In this document: positions 17,409-26,340 of the stretch, in pieces
How the letters are laid out: the number at the start of each line of letters is the position of its first letter
How positions within the stretch are numbered: the first letter of the stretch is position 1
Assembly (NCBI GenBank): GCA_034190725.1
Contig: JAXHSZ010000434.1
Location: 1-39,893 of the forward strand
Direction of reading: 5' to 3'
DNA: 39,893 nucleotides
DNA from: Thermodesulfobacteriota bacterium
GTDB lineage: Bacteria > Desulfobacterota > UBA8473
Made by a program: the position numbers and the translations under genes
Notes under the pieces: generated by a model
What the model was told of the DNA's origin: nothing
Databases searched by the model: none
The model's input: the letters and a program-made list of their open reading frames with translations, nothing else

Positions 17409-17957
17409 CTATGAATGAACACCATCAAGAAACCACTGAAAGAGATCAAAACATGTGGGACAGAAGTCCGGTTCTTTCAAATCTGTGTTCTCAATTTTTG
17501 TGGATGAAAACATCACACATCTCTTGTCCCTGCAATGTGTCAAACCGAAAGTGTGGCCGAGTTCATGTATGGCGGTCTTTTCAACTCGTTCCAGGAGAAT
17601 GTCGGTATTGGGTGGCTGGTCGTAAAACTCCGGATGAAGCCGATGTGTTGAGATGAGAAAACACTTTCCCTCAACCTGTGCCACTCCGAAGACATACTTC
17701 AAAATGGGCACATAAATATCAACATGTGTAACACCCATAAACCGTAATGTATCTTCAGGACAAGACCGAGAGAGATGACTCAAGATCAGCTTTGAATTGT
17801 ACTGGCCCCGGGCTTCATTATAGGCATATTGGGGATTCTCCATCATCCGAGAAATCCTGGAAGCAAGACCGCACCGTGTAAAGATCCGTTCGGCAATGTG
17901 CATAAGGATTGTCTTGTCTTCGGAGCCGATAGGGCATATGATGATCTCTCTTGACAA
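17409..17957 (-). CDS. amzA: Archaemetzincin-type zinc metallopeptidase (peptidase M54)
   Basis: HELGHTFGLTHC zinc motif followed by CVMF...CPTC (Cys4 structural site). TTG start 12 nt after the stop of the upstream regulator gene (likely coupled). Confidence 0.85.
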   Translation of the reverse strand: MSREIIICPIGSEDKTILMHIAERIFTRCGLASRISRMMENPQYAYNEARGQYNSKLILSHLSRSCPEDTLRFMGVTHVDIYVPILKYVFGVAQVEGKCFLISTHRLHPEFYDQPPNTDILLERVEKTAIHELGHTFGLTHCRDKRCVMFSSTKIENTDLKEPDFCPTCFDLFQWFLDGVHS

Positions 17958-17969
17958 AGCGGCTTGCAG

Positions 17970-19322
17970 CTACCTCCTTCTTTTCATCTCATATTTTGCT
18001 ATCTTGTTGTAGAGGGTCTGTCTGTCAATCTCAAGTACACTTGCTGCTTGACTGATATTCCAATTGGTTTCATTCAATATTCTCTCAATATGTATCTTCT
18101 CCATCATCTTCAACGACTTGGGAAAAGTATCTGCCCCAACTTCTATACGTGAAAAAGGCAGATCATCCGGTACAATTTCATTGCCTTGACCGATCACCAA
18201 AGCCCTTTCGATGATATTCTCAAGTTCCCTTACATTCCCTGGCCAGTTATAATCCATGAGCAATTTAAGTGCTGAGGAGGAGATTTTCACAGGTTCCCTG
18301 TTCATTTCAAGACAATACCTTTTGATAAAGGCGTTCACTAATAGAGGGACATCCTCTTTTCGTTCTCTGAGTGGGGGTAAATGAATTGAGATGACGTTCA
18401 GACGGTAATAAAGGTCCTCACGAAATTTCTTCTCTTCCATTGCCTTTTTCAAATCACGATTTGTTGCAGCCAGTATCCGGACGTCAACTTTTATTACGTC
18501 TTGACCTCCAAGACGTCTGAATTCCTTTTCCTGGAGAACCCGCAAGAGATCAACCTGCGTCTTTAAGCTGATATCTCCAATTTCATCAAGAAAAAGCGTG
18601 CCTTCATGGGCCATCTCGAATCTTCCCTTTTTGGTATGCTCCGCCCCGGTAAAGGCGCCCTTTTCATATCCGAACAGTTCACTCTCCAAAAGAGAATCTG
18701 GCAATGCACCGCAACTGACCGCTACAAAAGGCATGTAGCATCTCTGACTATTTCCATGAACGGCTTGAGCCACAAGCTCTTTCCCCGTGCCGCTTTCACC
18801 TGTAATGAGGACGGTAGAATCCGTTGGCGCAACGCGGGAAATCAACTGAAAAACATCTTGCATTGCATCACTTTTTCCAATAATTTCATCATATCCTTCC
18901 CGTTCTTCCAATTTTCTGCGAAGCAGTATATTCTCCAGAACCAGCTCCTTATGTGAGACAATCTTCTTAATATGCATCTCTACTTCATCCGGATCAAAGG
19001 GCTTCACAAGATAATCAAAGGCACCTTCTTTCATGGCCTGGACTGCTGTATCTATTGTGGCATACGCGGTCATGATCAGTATCTCAGCATCTGGGTTTAC
19101 ATCCTTTTGTTTGAGTTTTGTAAGGGTTTCAAGGCCGTCTATTCCAGGCATCTTGAGGTCCAGTAAGACAATATCCCAGTTCTTCTCTTTTGCCATGTCA
19201 ACGGCTTCTTCTCCACTTGCCGCCAAGCCAACATCATAGCCATCTTCCATCAGCCAGTCCCTGAGACTCTCTCGCATGGCCACCTCATCATCAACAACGA
19301 GAATACGAGGTTTTTTCGTCAT
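17970..19322 (-). CDS. Sigma54-dependent response regulator (REC + AAA+ activator + Fis-type HTH; NtrC family)
   Basis: ILVVDDE...DLKMPG receiver domain. Walker A GESGTGKE. GAFTGA loop (EKGAFTGAE). C-terminal HTH NISQAASVLEIDRQTLYNKI. Confidence 0.95.
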   Translation of the reverse strand: MTKKPRILVVDDEVAMRESLRDWLMEDGYDVGLAASGEEAVDMAKEKNWDIVLLDLKMPGIDGLETLTKLKQKDVNPDAEILIMTAYATIDTAVQAMKEGAFDYLVKPFDPDEVEMHIKKIVSHKELVLENILLRRKLEEREGYDEIIGKSDAMQDVFQLISRVAPTDSTVLITGESGTGKELVAQAVHGNSQRCYMPFVAVSCGALPDSLLESELFGYEKGAFTGAEHTKKGRFEMAHEGTLFLDEIGDISLKTQVDLLRVLQEKEFRRLGGQDVIKVDVRILAATNRDLKKAMEEKKFREDLYYRLNVISIHLPPLRERKEDVPLLVNAFIKRYCLEMNREPVKISSSALKLLMDYNWPGNVRELENIIERALVIGQGNEIVPDDLPFSRIEVGADTFPKSLKMMEKIHIERILNETNWNISQAASVLEIDRQTLYNKIAKYEMKRRR

Positions 19323-19419
19323 AACACGCCCCCCCGTGTTTCAAAATATTAAAATTTGACCGATGTTGAAGCTACTCTTTAAAATAATTAGACTGTTACA
19401 CAGTCAAAACTCGTTTACT

Positions 19420-21630
19420 CTATTGAGCGGTTGGAAGTTGAATCCTGAAGATGCTCCCTTTCCCCTCCTGACTTTCCACCTCTATGGAGCCGTTGTGCCG
19501 TGTGATGATTCCATAGACTACCGAGAGACCCAGACCGACCCCTTTAGCTTCTTCTTTTGTGGTAAAGAACGGCTCAAAGATATTCTTCATATCTTCCTCA
19601 GGGATGCCACAACCCGTATCCGAGACTTCTACTTCTAAAAAATCCTTCTTTTGGGACAGCCGGGCTTTTATCGTCAGTATCCCACCTTTTGTCATTGCCT
19701 CTGAACCATTGATTACGAGGTTGAGTAAAGCCTGCTGAATCTGCTTGAAATCACATCGTACCTTTGGTAAGTCTGATTCAATCTCTTTTTCCAATTGTAT
19801 TCCTTTGATTTCCAGATCATGAGCAATGAGGATCAGCGTCCTATCAATGATCTCTTCAATATTGTTGTCCTCAATTGTTATCTTGGACTGACGGGAAAAT
19901 GCCAGAAGATTCTTTACAATGTCTCCGCATCTGGCAGTCTCCGATTCCATAGTGGCCAGGTATCTGGATATATCTTCAATTCTTTTCGGTATGAAGTTAC
20001 CGCGACGCAACATCTTTCGCATTAACCTGATATAGGTCAAAACAGCAGCGAGAGGATTGTTTATTTCATGGGCAATGGTGGCTGCCAATTTGCCCAGTGA
20101 TGCCAATTTCTCCGTATGTATGACCTGTTCGTGAGCTTCACTGAGTTCCTGATAAGCACTCTTAATACTCTCATAAAGGTTTGCATTGTCTATGGCAACC
20201 CCAATCTGATTTCCAATAGCCGTCAAGAACTCCACATAGTCCGATGAGAATCTAAATTCCGAATGGCTGGATACGCACATTACACCTACAGATTTTTCTT
20301 TGGACATAAGCGGTATATAGACCGTGGATTGAAGGCCCTCTTCGATAATTGAGTCTACATAGGGATCTTCCGATCGCAGAAAGTTGTCCACAATACGGGT
20401 TTCACCCGTAAAAACAGTCTGCCCCAAAAGCCCGTCTCCCACCCTCCGCGATTGAAAGAAGCTCTTCGAAATAAATTTATGAGAAAGGCCCTTATGAGCC
20501 ATGAGGTAGAGGTTTTCCCTCTCTCTGTCAAGCATATAAATCCTGACACTATCAGGCTCCAAGATATCGACTATTCTATCAATAGTGTGGTCAATGACCT
20601 CATTGAGATACAGACTGCTGCTTACGGCCATGGCTACGGTATTGAGAGTGGTTAACCTGGCATTCTGTGCCTCAATCTGTTCCTGGGCCTTTGTGAGTTC
20701 CTTATACGCCCCCTTGACATTTTCATACAGATTTGCATTGTCAATTGCCACCCCTATCTCATTGCCGATAGCTGTCAAGAATTCCACATAATCGGCTGAG
20801 AATGTGAACTCAGAATGGCTGGACACGCACATGGCTCCCACCGGCTTTTCCTTTGACACAAGAGGGATATAAACAGTAGACTGAAGGCCTTCTTCGATAA
20901 TTGAGTCCACATAGGGATCCTCTGAGCGTAAAAAGTTGACCACAACCCTCGTGTCGGCTGTGAGGACTGTTTGCCCTAAAAGCCCGTCCCCTATTTTTCG
21001 GCATTTGATAAAGCTCTTATTGACAAATCTATCTGATAACCCCTTATGAGCTACAAGATTGAGACATTCTCTTCCCTTATCGTATAAATAGATCCTGACA
21101 CTATCTGATTCGAGAATCTCAAGCATCTTATCGATCGTATGTGCAAGTACCTTATTTAAGTCCAGACTCCTATTTAGTGCCTTGGATACAGCGTTCAGGA
21201 TGGTAAGTCTCGCGTTCTGTCTCTCAATCTGCTCCTGAACTTTCTTTATGTGGGATATGTCTCTGATGATAACTACATAGCCACTCGCCTCATTGTTAAC
21301 GTCAAGAATCACGCTGGAAGTAATCAAAGCATTAAAAACCCGGCCTTGTTTTGTCACAAGTCGGGTCTCATACTCTGAAACAGAGCCCTCTTTCAGAACA
21401 TTCTTCCGTAATTGGTACAAATCTTCTCGCTTTTCAAAAACATCGACAAACGATACTGGGGATAAGATTTCATCTTTTGTTTCATACCCCAGGATTGTAA
21501 TCCCGGGTCTGTTGATATCCACTATCTTGCCTTCGGGGTCCGCAAGAATTATGGCATCACGAGACCATTCAAATATCGTTCGATACTTTTCTTCAGATTC
21601 ATATAAACCTTTTAATGGCTCTGGTATCAT
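19420..21630 (-). CDS. Soluble sensor histidine kinase, PAS-GAF-GAF-HisKA-HATPase
   Basis: N-terminal PAS ([22 protein letters not shown]). Two near-identical GAF modules. H-box [14 protein letters not shown] boxes [25 protein letters not shown]. No TM segment. Confidence 0.92.
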   Translation of the reverse strand: MIPEPLKGLYESEEKYRTIFEWSRDAIILADPEGKIVDINRPGITILGYETKDEILSPVSFVDVFEKREDLYQLRKNVLKEGSVSEYETRLVTKQGRVFNALITSSVILDVNNEASGYVVIIRDISHIKKVQEQIERQNARLTILNAVSKALNRSLDLNKVLAHTIDKMLEILESDSVRIYLYDKGRECLNLVAHKGLSDRFVNKSFIKCRKIGDGLLGQTVLTADTRVVVNFLRSEDPYVDSIIEEGLQSTVYIPLVSKEKPVGAMCVSSHSEFTFSADYVEFLTAIGNEIGVAIDNANLYENVKGAYKELTKAQEQIEAQNARLTTLNTVAMAVSSSLYLNEVIDHTIDRIVDILEPDSVRIYMLDRERENLYLMAHKGLSHKFISKSFFQSRRVGDGLLGQTVFTGETRIVDNFLRSEDPYVDSIIEEGLQSTVYIPLMSKEKSVGVMCVSSHSEFRFSSDYVEFLTAIGNQIGVAIDNANLYESIKSAYQELSEAHEQVIHTEKLASLGKLAATIAHEINNPLAAVLTYIRLMRKMLRRGNFIPKRIEDISRYLATMESETARCGDIVKNLLAFSRQSKITIEDNNIEEIIDRTLILIAHDLEIKGIQLEKEIESDLPKVRCDFKQIQQALLNLVINGSEAMTKGGILTIKARLSQKKDFLEVEVSDTGCGIPEEDMKNIFEPFFTTKEEAKGVGLGLSVVYGIITRHNGSIEVESQEGKGSIFRIQLPTAQ

Positions 21631-21986
21631 CTTCCAAGCCCATCCCTTTTATTATCGTCATTCATAGAATGAAGATGTGAAATTGATGCATTTGGGTAAG
21701 CGGTATAATCGAACACTCTCAGCTCGCTGTATTCGAATACAATTTTGATTAGGCAAGATATGAGTCTTGACGAATCTGGCAAGTGAAAAGGCAGGAACGT
21801 TTGAATGTTGACACCTTTCTGTGATTCAGCAGGGCACACTCGAATTTACATACTGGAAATGGTCATATGTTATTGGTCCTTTTTTGCGGTCACCAGTACA
21901 AGTTTAAAAACATATGAGGCGTATACTGATGACCTGTTAAAAAGGACAACTGAAAAAATGATGTCTCGTTGTCATTGTGTTCTTTT

Positions 21987-22015
21987 TGAAACTGGAACCA
22001 GACACCTGTGAACTC
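21987..22015. repeat. Family-2 heptamer-rich repeat, locus f
   Basis: TGAAACTGGAACCAGACACCTGTGAACTC (reverse complement GAGTTCACAGGTGTCTGGTTCCAGTTTCA). Lies ~115 nt downstream of the hdrD-like stop. Confidence 0.5.
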
Positions 22016-22129
22016 TGGGCTCCGTTTACATTTGCAATCAATTAGTGAGGATTAACTTCTCTTTTCTCACATCGACAGTATTACCTTGTAGCGTAAACCG
22101 AATGCAACACCTCAAGAAATTTTATGCAC

Positions 22130-23380
22130 TCAGTCCAATATAATGGCATTGGCCAGAAGTGTCCATAGATGAACGGGTTCGAATTGATAATCGTCTTTGT
22201 ATTCCCTTGCCAGATTACCGATACCGTCAAAACAATTCACACATGGGGTACAGACAAAATTCGCTTTTGACCTTTTGATCTGATCCACCTTCACTTTTCC
22301 ATAATAGCTTCTGGCTCTTGCAAATCCGCTTATGAGAGCACCACCGCCTCCACTGCAGCAGAAGTTATTCTCCCGGTTCGGTGTCGACTCCACGAAGTTG
22401 TTCACCACATGACTCAAAACAAATCTGGCATCGTCAGCTATGGAAGGAAAGTCATCTATCTTGGCTTTACGCACAGCATTGCACGGATCATGCAATGTGA
22501 CCACTTTGTCATCATTTCTCGACGGATCCAATTTGAAACGTCCTTCTCTGATCCATTCCGCGTACAAAGTAACAACACTCTTCACATCAAACTTATGCTC
22601 AATATTGAATTTTTTGAAACCCACCTGGGTTGCCCAAAGACCGTGGCCTCACTCCGTATACGCCATGGTTTTGCAACCCAACTCGTGAACCCGGTCAACC
22701 TGTTTTCTCAGAGTAGTTTCCCAAGTATCAAAATCACCGGTAAACATGGCGTAGTTGGTGCCTTCCCACCATTGGGAAGATATGGTCCAATCCACACCTG
22801 CTGCATGAAAAATCTTGTAGATAGGCTGGAGATCACCTGGATAATACTGAGGCAGTTTTGAGTTTATTGTACAGAAATATTCTGCCCCTTCTTTATCAAT
22901 GGGTACTTCAAATCCAGGAATCTCATCGTCCTCAAGTTCTTCTGCCATCCACTCAAATGTCTCAATCCCATCCTCTATGGTCAGTCTCATGTTATTGCCC
23001 ATTTCAAGATGATTGTCCGCTGTCTTTTGAATCTCTCCGGGACATTCCTCCCTCGGACGAGCAGCTCGGGCTTGTGTAATTATCTGACCCAAATTGATGC
23101 CCATAGGACATGACCATGTACAGCGTTGGCAATTGGTACACTGCCACGGCCAATTTGAATCGATCACATCTTGCTCCAAACCTAATTCAATCATACGAAT
23201 CAACTTCCTCGGATCCATGCCTTCCCAGTCTGATACCGGACAACCACCAGCACAGGTTCCGCATGTAAGACATAAATCCAATTTGCTGAGAGGTGAGACC
23301 AACTCCTTGAATTGAAGGTCTCCTCTGTCTTTTTTTAGTCTGATTTTCTCCACTATCCACCTCCTGAGGCCTTTGGCCAC
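22130..23380 (-). CDS. HdrD/GlpC-like Fe-S oxidoreductase (2x[4Fe-4S] ferredoxin domain + CCG domains), predicted selenoprotein with in-frame UGA at 22651..22649
   Basis: ORFs 22649..23380 and 22130..22624 are in the same frame, separated only by one TGA (…MAYTE-TGA-GHGLWATQVGFKKF…). The N-terminal part carries CLTCGTCAGGCP and CTNCQRCTWSCP. The C-terminal part carries DPC...CCSGGGG...CTPCVNC (CCG domain) but has no ATG or RBS of its own. A SECIS-like hairpin follows the TGA. Confidence 0.7.
22613..22638 (-). promoter_or_regulatory. SECIS-like hairpin downstream of the in-frame UGA
   Basis: mRNA reads UGA-GGCCACGGUC-UUUGG-GC-AACCC-AGGU-GGGUU-UCAAA. The lower stem is UUUGG/UCAAA (with one G.U pair), there is a 2-nt bulge, the upper stem is AACCC/GGGUU, and the apical loop AGGU contains GGU. 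The stem begins 10 nt after the UGA, similar to the spacing known for E. coli fdhF. Confidence 0.5.
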
Positions 23381-23774
23381 AACGGTATGTTTCCTTCTTT
23401 GAAGGATTGCTATCCCTGATCAAAAAAATTTATGAAAAGTGAAGCAGTTCTTTTATAATTAATTGTTATAAAATAGCAAGCTGTCAGCAAGCTTCAACGG
23501 CAGTCGAATTTTAATAAATGTATTGTCTGAGCATTTGAGTAAGCGTTAAGAGAATACGAGTTTTACACGAATTTAAATTTGACTCTTTTTAAAAAAGCTA
23601 AACTGACATAAGATAAGACAGATATCGGCAAATGTCAAGTTTGCTCTCTCCTGTCATATTATAATATTCTTCCTGATAATATAAGTCCTTTTCGACGGTT
23701 ACGATGAAGCCACATCCAGCTTTGTTATGTGAGTGACTCGTCAAAAAGGACCCATATATCACACAAAGAACCGA

Positions 23775-24668
23775 CTATAACTCAAGCCAGGAATCGGAAT
23801 ACAGTGAATGTCCCAAAAGAACCTTAGCTGTCTTCATATAGTCCAGCTCCTCTTTTGTCATGGAGCCGGGATCGGGTTCATTGCCGTCGCAAATATCTTC
23901 GATCAGCTTCTTGATCTCAGGCCTTTCACCTTTACAAAAAGCAGTCATATCATCATCAAAGGCGTCGACTATGGCCGAGTACATGCCGTACTTTTCTATG
24001 ATAACTATATACGTTTGATTGAGTATAGGTCTCAAATGTTCGGGGGCCCCGTTTGAGACATTTGATAACCCGCAGGTGGATTTCATCCCAGGTGCCAGGG
24101 CGTCACACAAATCAGGAAACATCATCATAAACGTGGTCATGCTCTTCACCTGGTCCTGCTGAACGTTGACCGGTGTCATGATGGGATCCAGGAAGATATC
24201 CTCCGGCGCCATTCCCGCTTCAAGCATTGCGGAAACCAGAGTCACGGTCAATTCCGATCTCTCGTTTTCATCCCTGGGCATACCAGAGGGTCCCCAGAGT
24301 AAAGCGATTGCCTGGGCGTTGTACTGAGCTGCTAATGGGATCATGGCCTCCATTCTTTCAGGCCTTGCCATGATCGAGTTGATCATGGCTCTCCCCTTGT
24401 GCACCTTTAACCCTGCCTCTATGGCCTCTATGTTTGAGGTGTCCAGGGCCAGGGGGATATCCGGCACCACCTCCTGAACTGTCTTGACGATCCATTCCAT
24501 CAATTCGGGGCCACCCTTTCTTGCCGGACCAAGATTGATATCGATCCAGTCCACACCCTTTTCCGCTTCTTCCTCGGCCAGCTTTCTGATGGGACCCGGG
24601 TCCTTCTCTTTCATTGCTGCGCCGATGGTTTTCACCATGACGTTTAAATTTTCTCCTATTCGTAACAT
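23775..24668 (-). CDS. acsE: Methyltetrahydrofolate:corrinoid/iron-sulfur protein Co-methyltransferase
   Basis: Pterin-binding (DHPS-like) barrel: IGENLNV, DWIDINLGP, LALDTSN, INSI, CGLSNVSNG. Position next to acsC/acsB. Confidence 0.9.
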   Translation of the reverse strand: MLRIGENLNVMVKTIGAAMKEKDPGPIRKLAEEEAEKGVDWIDINLGPARKGGPELMEWIVKTVQEVVPDIPLALDTSNIEAIEAGLKVHKGRAMINSIMARPERMEAMIPLAAQYNAQAIALLWGPSGMPRDENERSELTVTLVSAMLEAGMAPEDIFLDPIMTPVNVQQDQVKSMTTFMMMFPDLCDALAPGMKSTCGLSNVSNGAPEHLRPILNQTYIVIIEKYGMYSAIVDAFDDDMTAFCKGERPEIKKLIEDICDGNEPDPGSMTKEELDYMKTAKVLLGHSLYSDSWLEL

Positions 24669-24763
24669 ATTTTCCCCTTCCTTTTTATCCGGTTTTCAAA
24701 TTAACTGGACAGTCCAAAGTTTTTCTCAATTGTTGAAATTATTAACAATAAGAAGTTATGTCC

Positions 24764-24844
24764 CGTCATTCCTGCGAAAGCAGCAATCCGTAATATTATC
24801 AGTATCATATGACTTCTGGATCCCGGATCAAGTCCGGCATGACG
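24764..24844. repeat. 81-bp nested palindromic repeat in the acsC-acsE spacer
   Basis: The outer ends CGTCAT...ATGACG are inverted. Each arm has its own mini-hairpin (CTGC-GAAA-GCAG; CCGGA-TCAAG-TCCGG). It translates to the WIPDQVRHDE-type spurious peptide that I recall seeing widely in environmental genomes. Confidence 0.65.
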
Positions 24845-24916
24845 AGAGAACTTTAGACTCTCAAGAAATTAACTATAAAGAACAAAAAGATAACCATGAT
24901 ACGTTTACGTGAAGTT

Positions 24917-26266
24917 CTATGCTGCTACTTGCCTTAAAAAAGCTGGAATATGAGCGGCTTCCCTTGGTCCGATGGCCACTTCCCAATCCGTGCCTAACTC
25001 TTCTTCCAGGTCGCCGCTTATTGCTGCCGCATATCCGGGAATGATGATCTTTCTTGTCTTCGCTTTATCCATGATCCCGCACTTCTTGACAAATATTCCC
25101 AATGCGTCGCCGACAAACTTTCCTGCCGCCCATGCCGTCAAAACAGAAAGTCCTTCCGTGTCGATGATCAAAAGCCAGGTAGGCACTTTGCTGCCTTCGA
25201 TCTCTCCGGATACGATGAAGTAGGTCAAAGCAAAATTCGAGGTGATACAGATGGGGGAATTTTCATCGGGATTGTTGATTTCGTATATTCCCTCGGTGAC
25301 CACCATGGGACGTTGGGGATCGGTGTAAATATTCAATCGTTCCAAAAGGAGCGGGAAGAGGCTTGATCCTTCAAAATCCGACATGACCAATATGCCTGCA
25401 TATTTCGCAATCAGCATCGAAGAGATCATGGTTTCCTGGTCCAGTGTCTCTGCCATTTCAAAGGGGAGGCAGATTGTGGGGAATCCCAAAGACTTGTTCT
25501 TGGCCAGAAGCGCGGCCCTCCTGATCGTTATCTGATCCTCATACGCTTGCTTTGCAGATCGTGCTCCTGAATCGAGTACAAGATCTTTTAGCCCCATTGC
25601 GGTGGCCTTGTCGGACAACTCGGTCAGATTATCCATGTCCGTCCCTTTGATCGCTAAAGAGCATCCGCTTTCTTCGGCCAATGCCGCCATTTTATCGAAG
25701 TTATCGTTTGTTGCAGCATATATAAGGGGATGTGTGCCATCCTTTGCCTTAAGACCTGACGCCATGACACCCGGATCTTCACTCATAAGAATAGAACTGA
25801 AGTTACTTGTGTCCGCCACTTGCTTTACTATGGCTTCGAATTTTCCGGCATCGCCATTGGTATCTTTGATAGCCACAAGTTCCGGTCTCAGATTGAGACC
25901 CACTCTCTCGTATTGATATGTATCCCACTTTCTCAGTTTCATATCAACGGTATCTTCATCCATATCCGTGGTCAGGAGAGCTGCTAGTCCGGTAGGACTG
26001 AAAAATGTCTTCTCATGACGATAAAGAACCGTCTCTCCCCCTACTTTTACGGGTCGATCTCCATATCCGACAGTGAGTTGCCGAATGGGAGGGGCCGAAG
26101 CTTCCGCCAGTTTTTCTTTTGCCTCCTCTGAAACATACGGACAGGCAGAAAGCTCTGCCTTTCCTGCCGCCAGATTCATGGCAAAAGCAAGGCAGGTAGC
26201 AACCCCACACTCCTTACAATTGGTTTTGGGGAGCATCTTAAATATTTCTATACCTGTAAGTGCCAT
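24917..26266 (-). CDS. acsC: Corrinoid iron-sulfur protein large subunit (gamma)
   Basis: N-terminal [4Fe-4S] motif LPKTNCKECGVATCLAFA...SACP, then a TIM-barrel and a C-terminal corrinoid-binding domain. RBS GAGGAGGAAAG. Confidence 0.93.
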   Translation of the reverse strand: MALTGIEIFKMLPKTNCKECGVATCLAFAMNLAAGKAELSACPYVSEEAKEKLAEASAPPIRQLTVGYGDRPVKVGGETVLYRHEKTFFSPTGLAALLTTDMDEDTVDMKLRKWDTYQYERVGLNLRPELVAIKDTNGDAGKFEAIVKQVADTSNFSSILMSEDPGVMASGLKAKDGTHPLIYAATNDNFDKMAALAEESGCSLAIKGTDMDNLTELSDKATAMGLKDLVLDSGARSAKQAYEDQITIRRAALLAKNKSLGFPTICLPFEMAETLDQETMISSMLIAKYAGILVMSDFEGSSLFPLLLERLNIYTDPQRPMVVTEGIYEINNPDENSPICITSNFALTYFIVSGEIEGSKVPTWLLIIDTEGLSVLTAWAAGKFVGDALGIFVKKCGIMDKAKTRKIIIPGYAAAISGDLEEELGTDWEVAIGPREAAHIPAFLRQVAA

Positions 26267-26340
26267 AATGATCTTTCCTCCTCAGCTTTTGTACACAGAA
26301 AGCGGCCTTCTTTGAAGGAAGACCGCCTATTCACTTGAAA

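Noticed and set aside
22130-22624. Treating 22130..22624 and 22649..23380 as two separate genes, or as a pseudogene with a premature stop
   Set aside because: The two parts are in the same frame and separated by a single TGA. The downstream part has only an internal GTG and no RBS. The domain architecture is complete only when they are joined, and a SECIS-like hairpin follows the TGA. The pseudogene reading cannot be fully excluded without homolog alignment.
24484-24912. 142-aa ORF spanning the acsC-acsE spacer (…WIPDQVRHDE…)
   Set aside because: It is antisense to the start of acsE, and its distal half is simply the translation of the 81-bp palindromic repeat.
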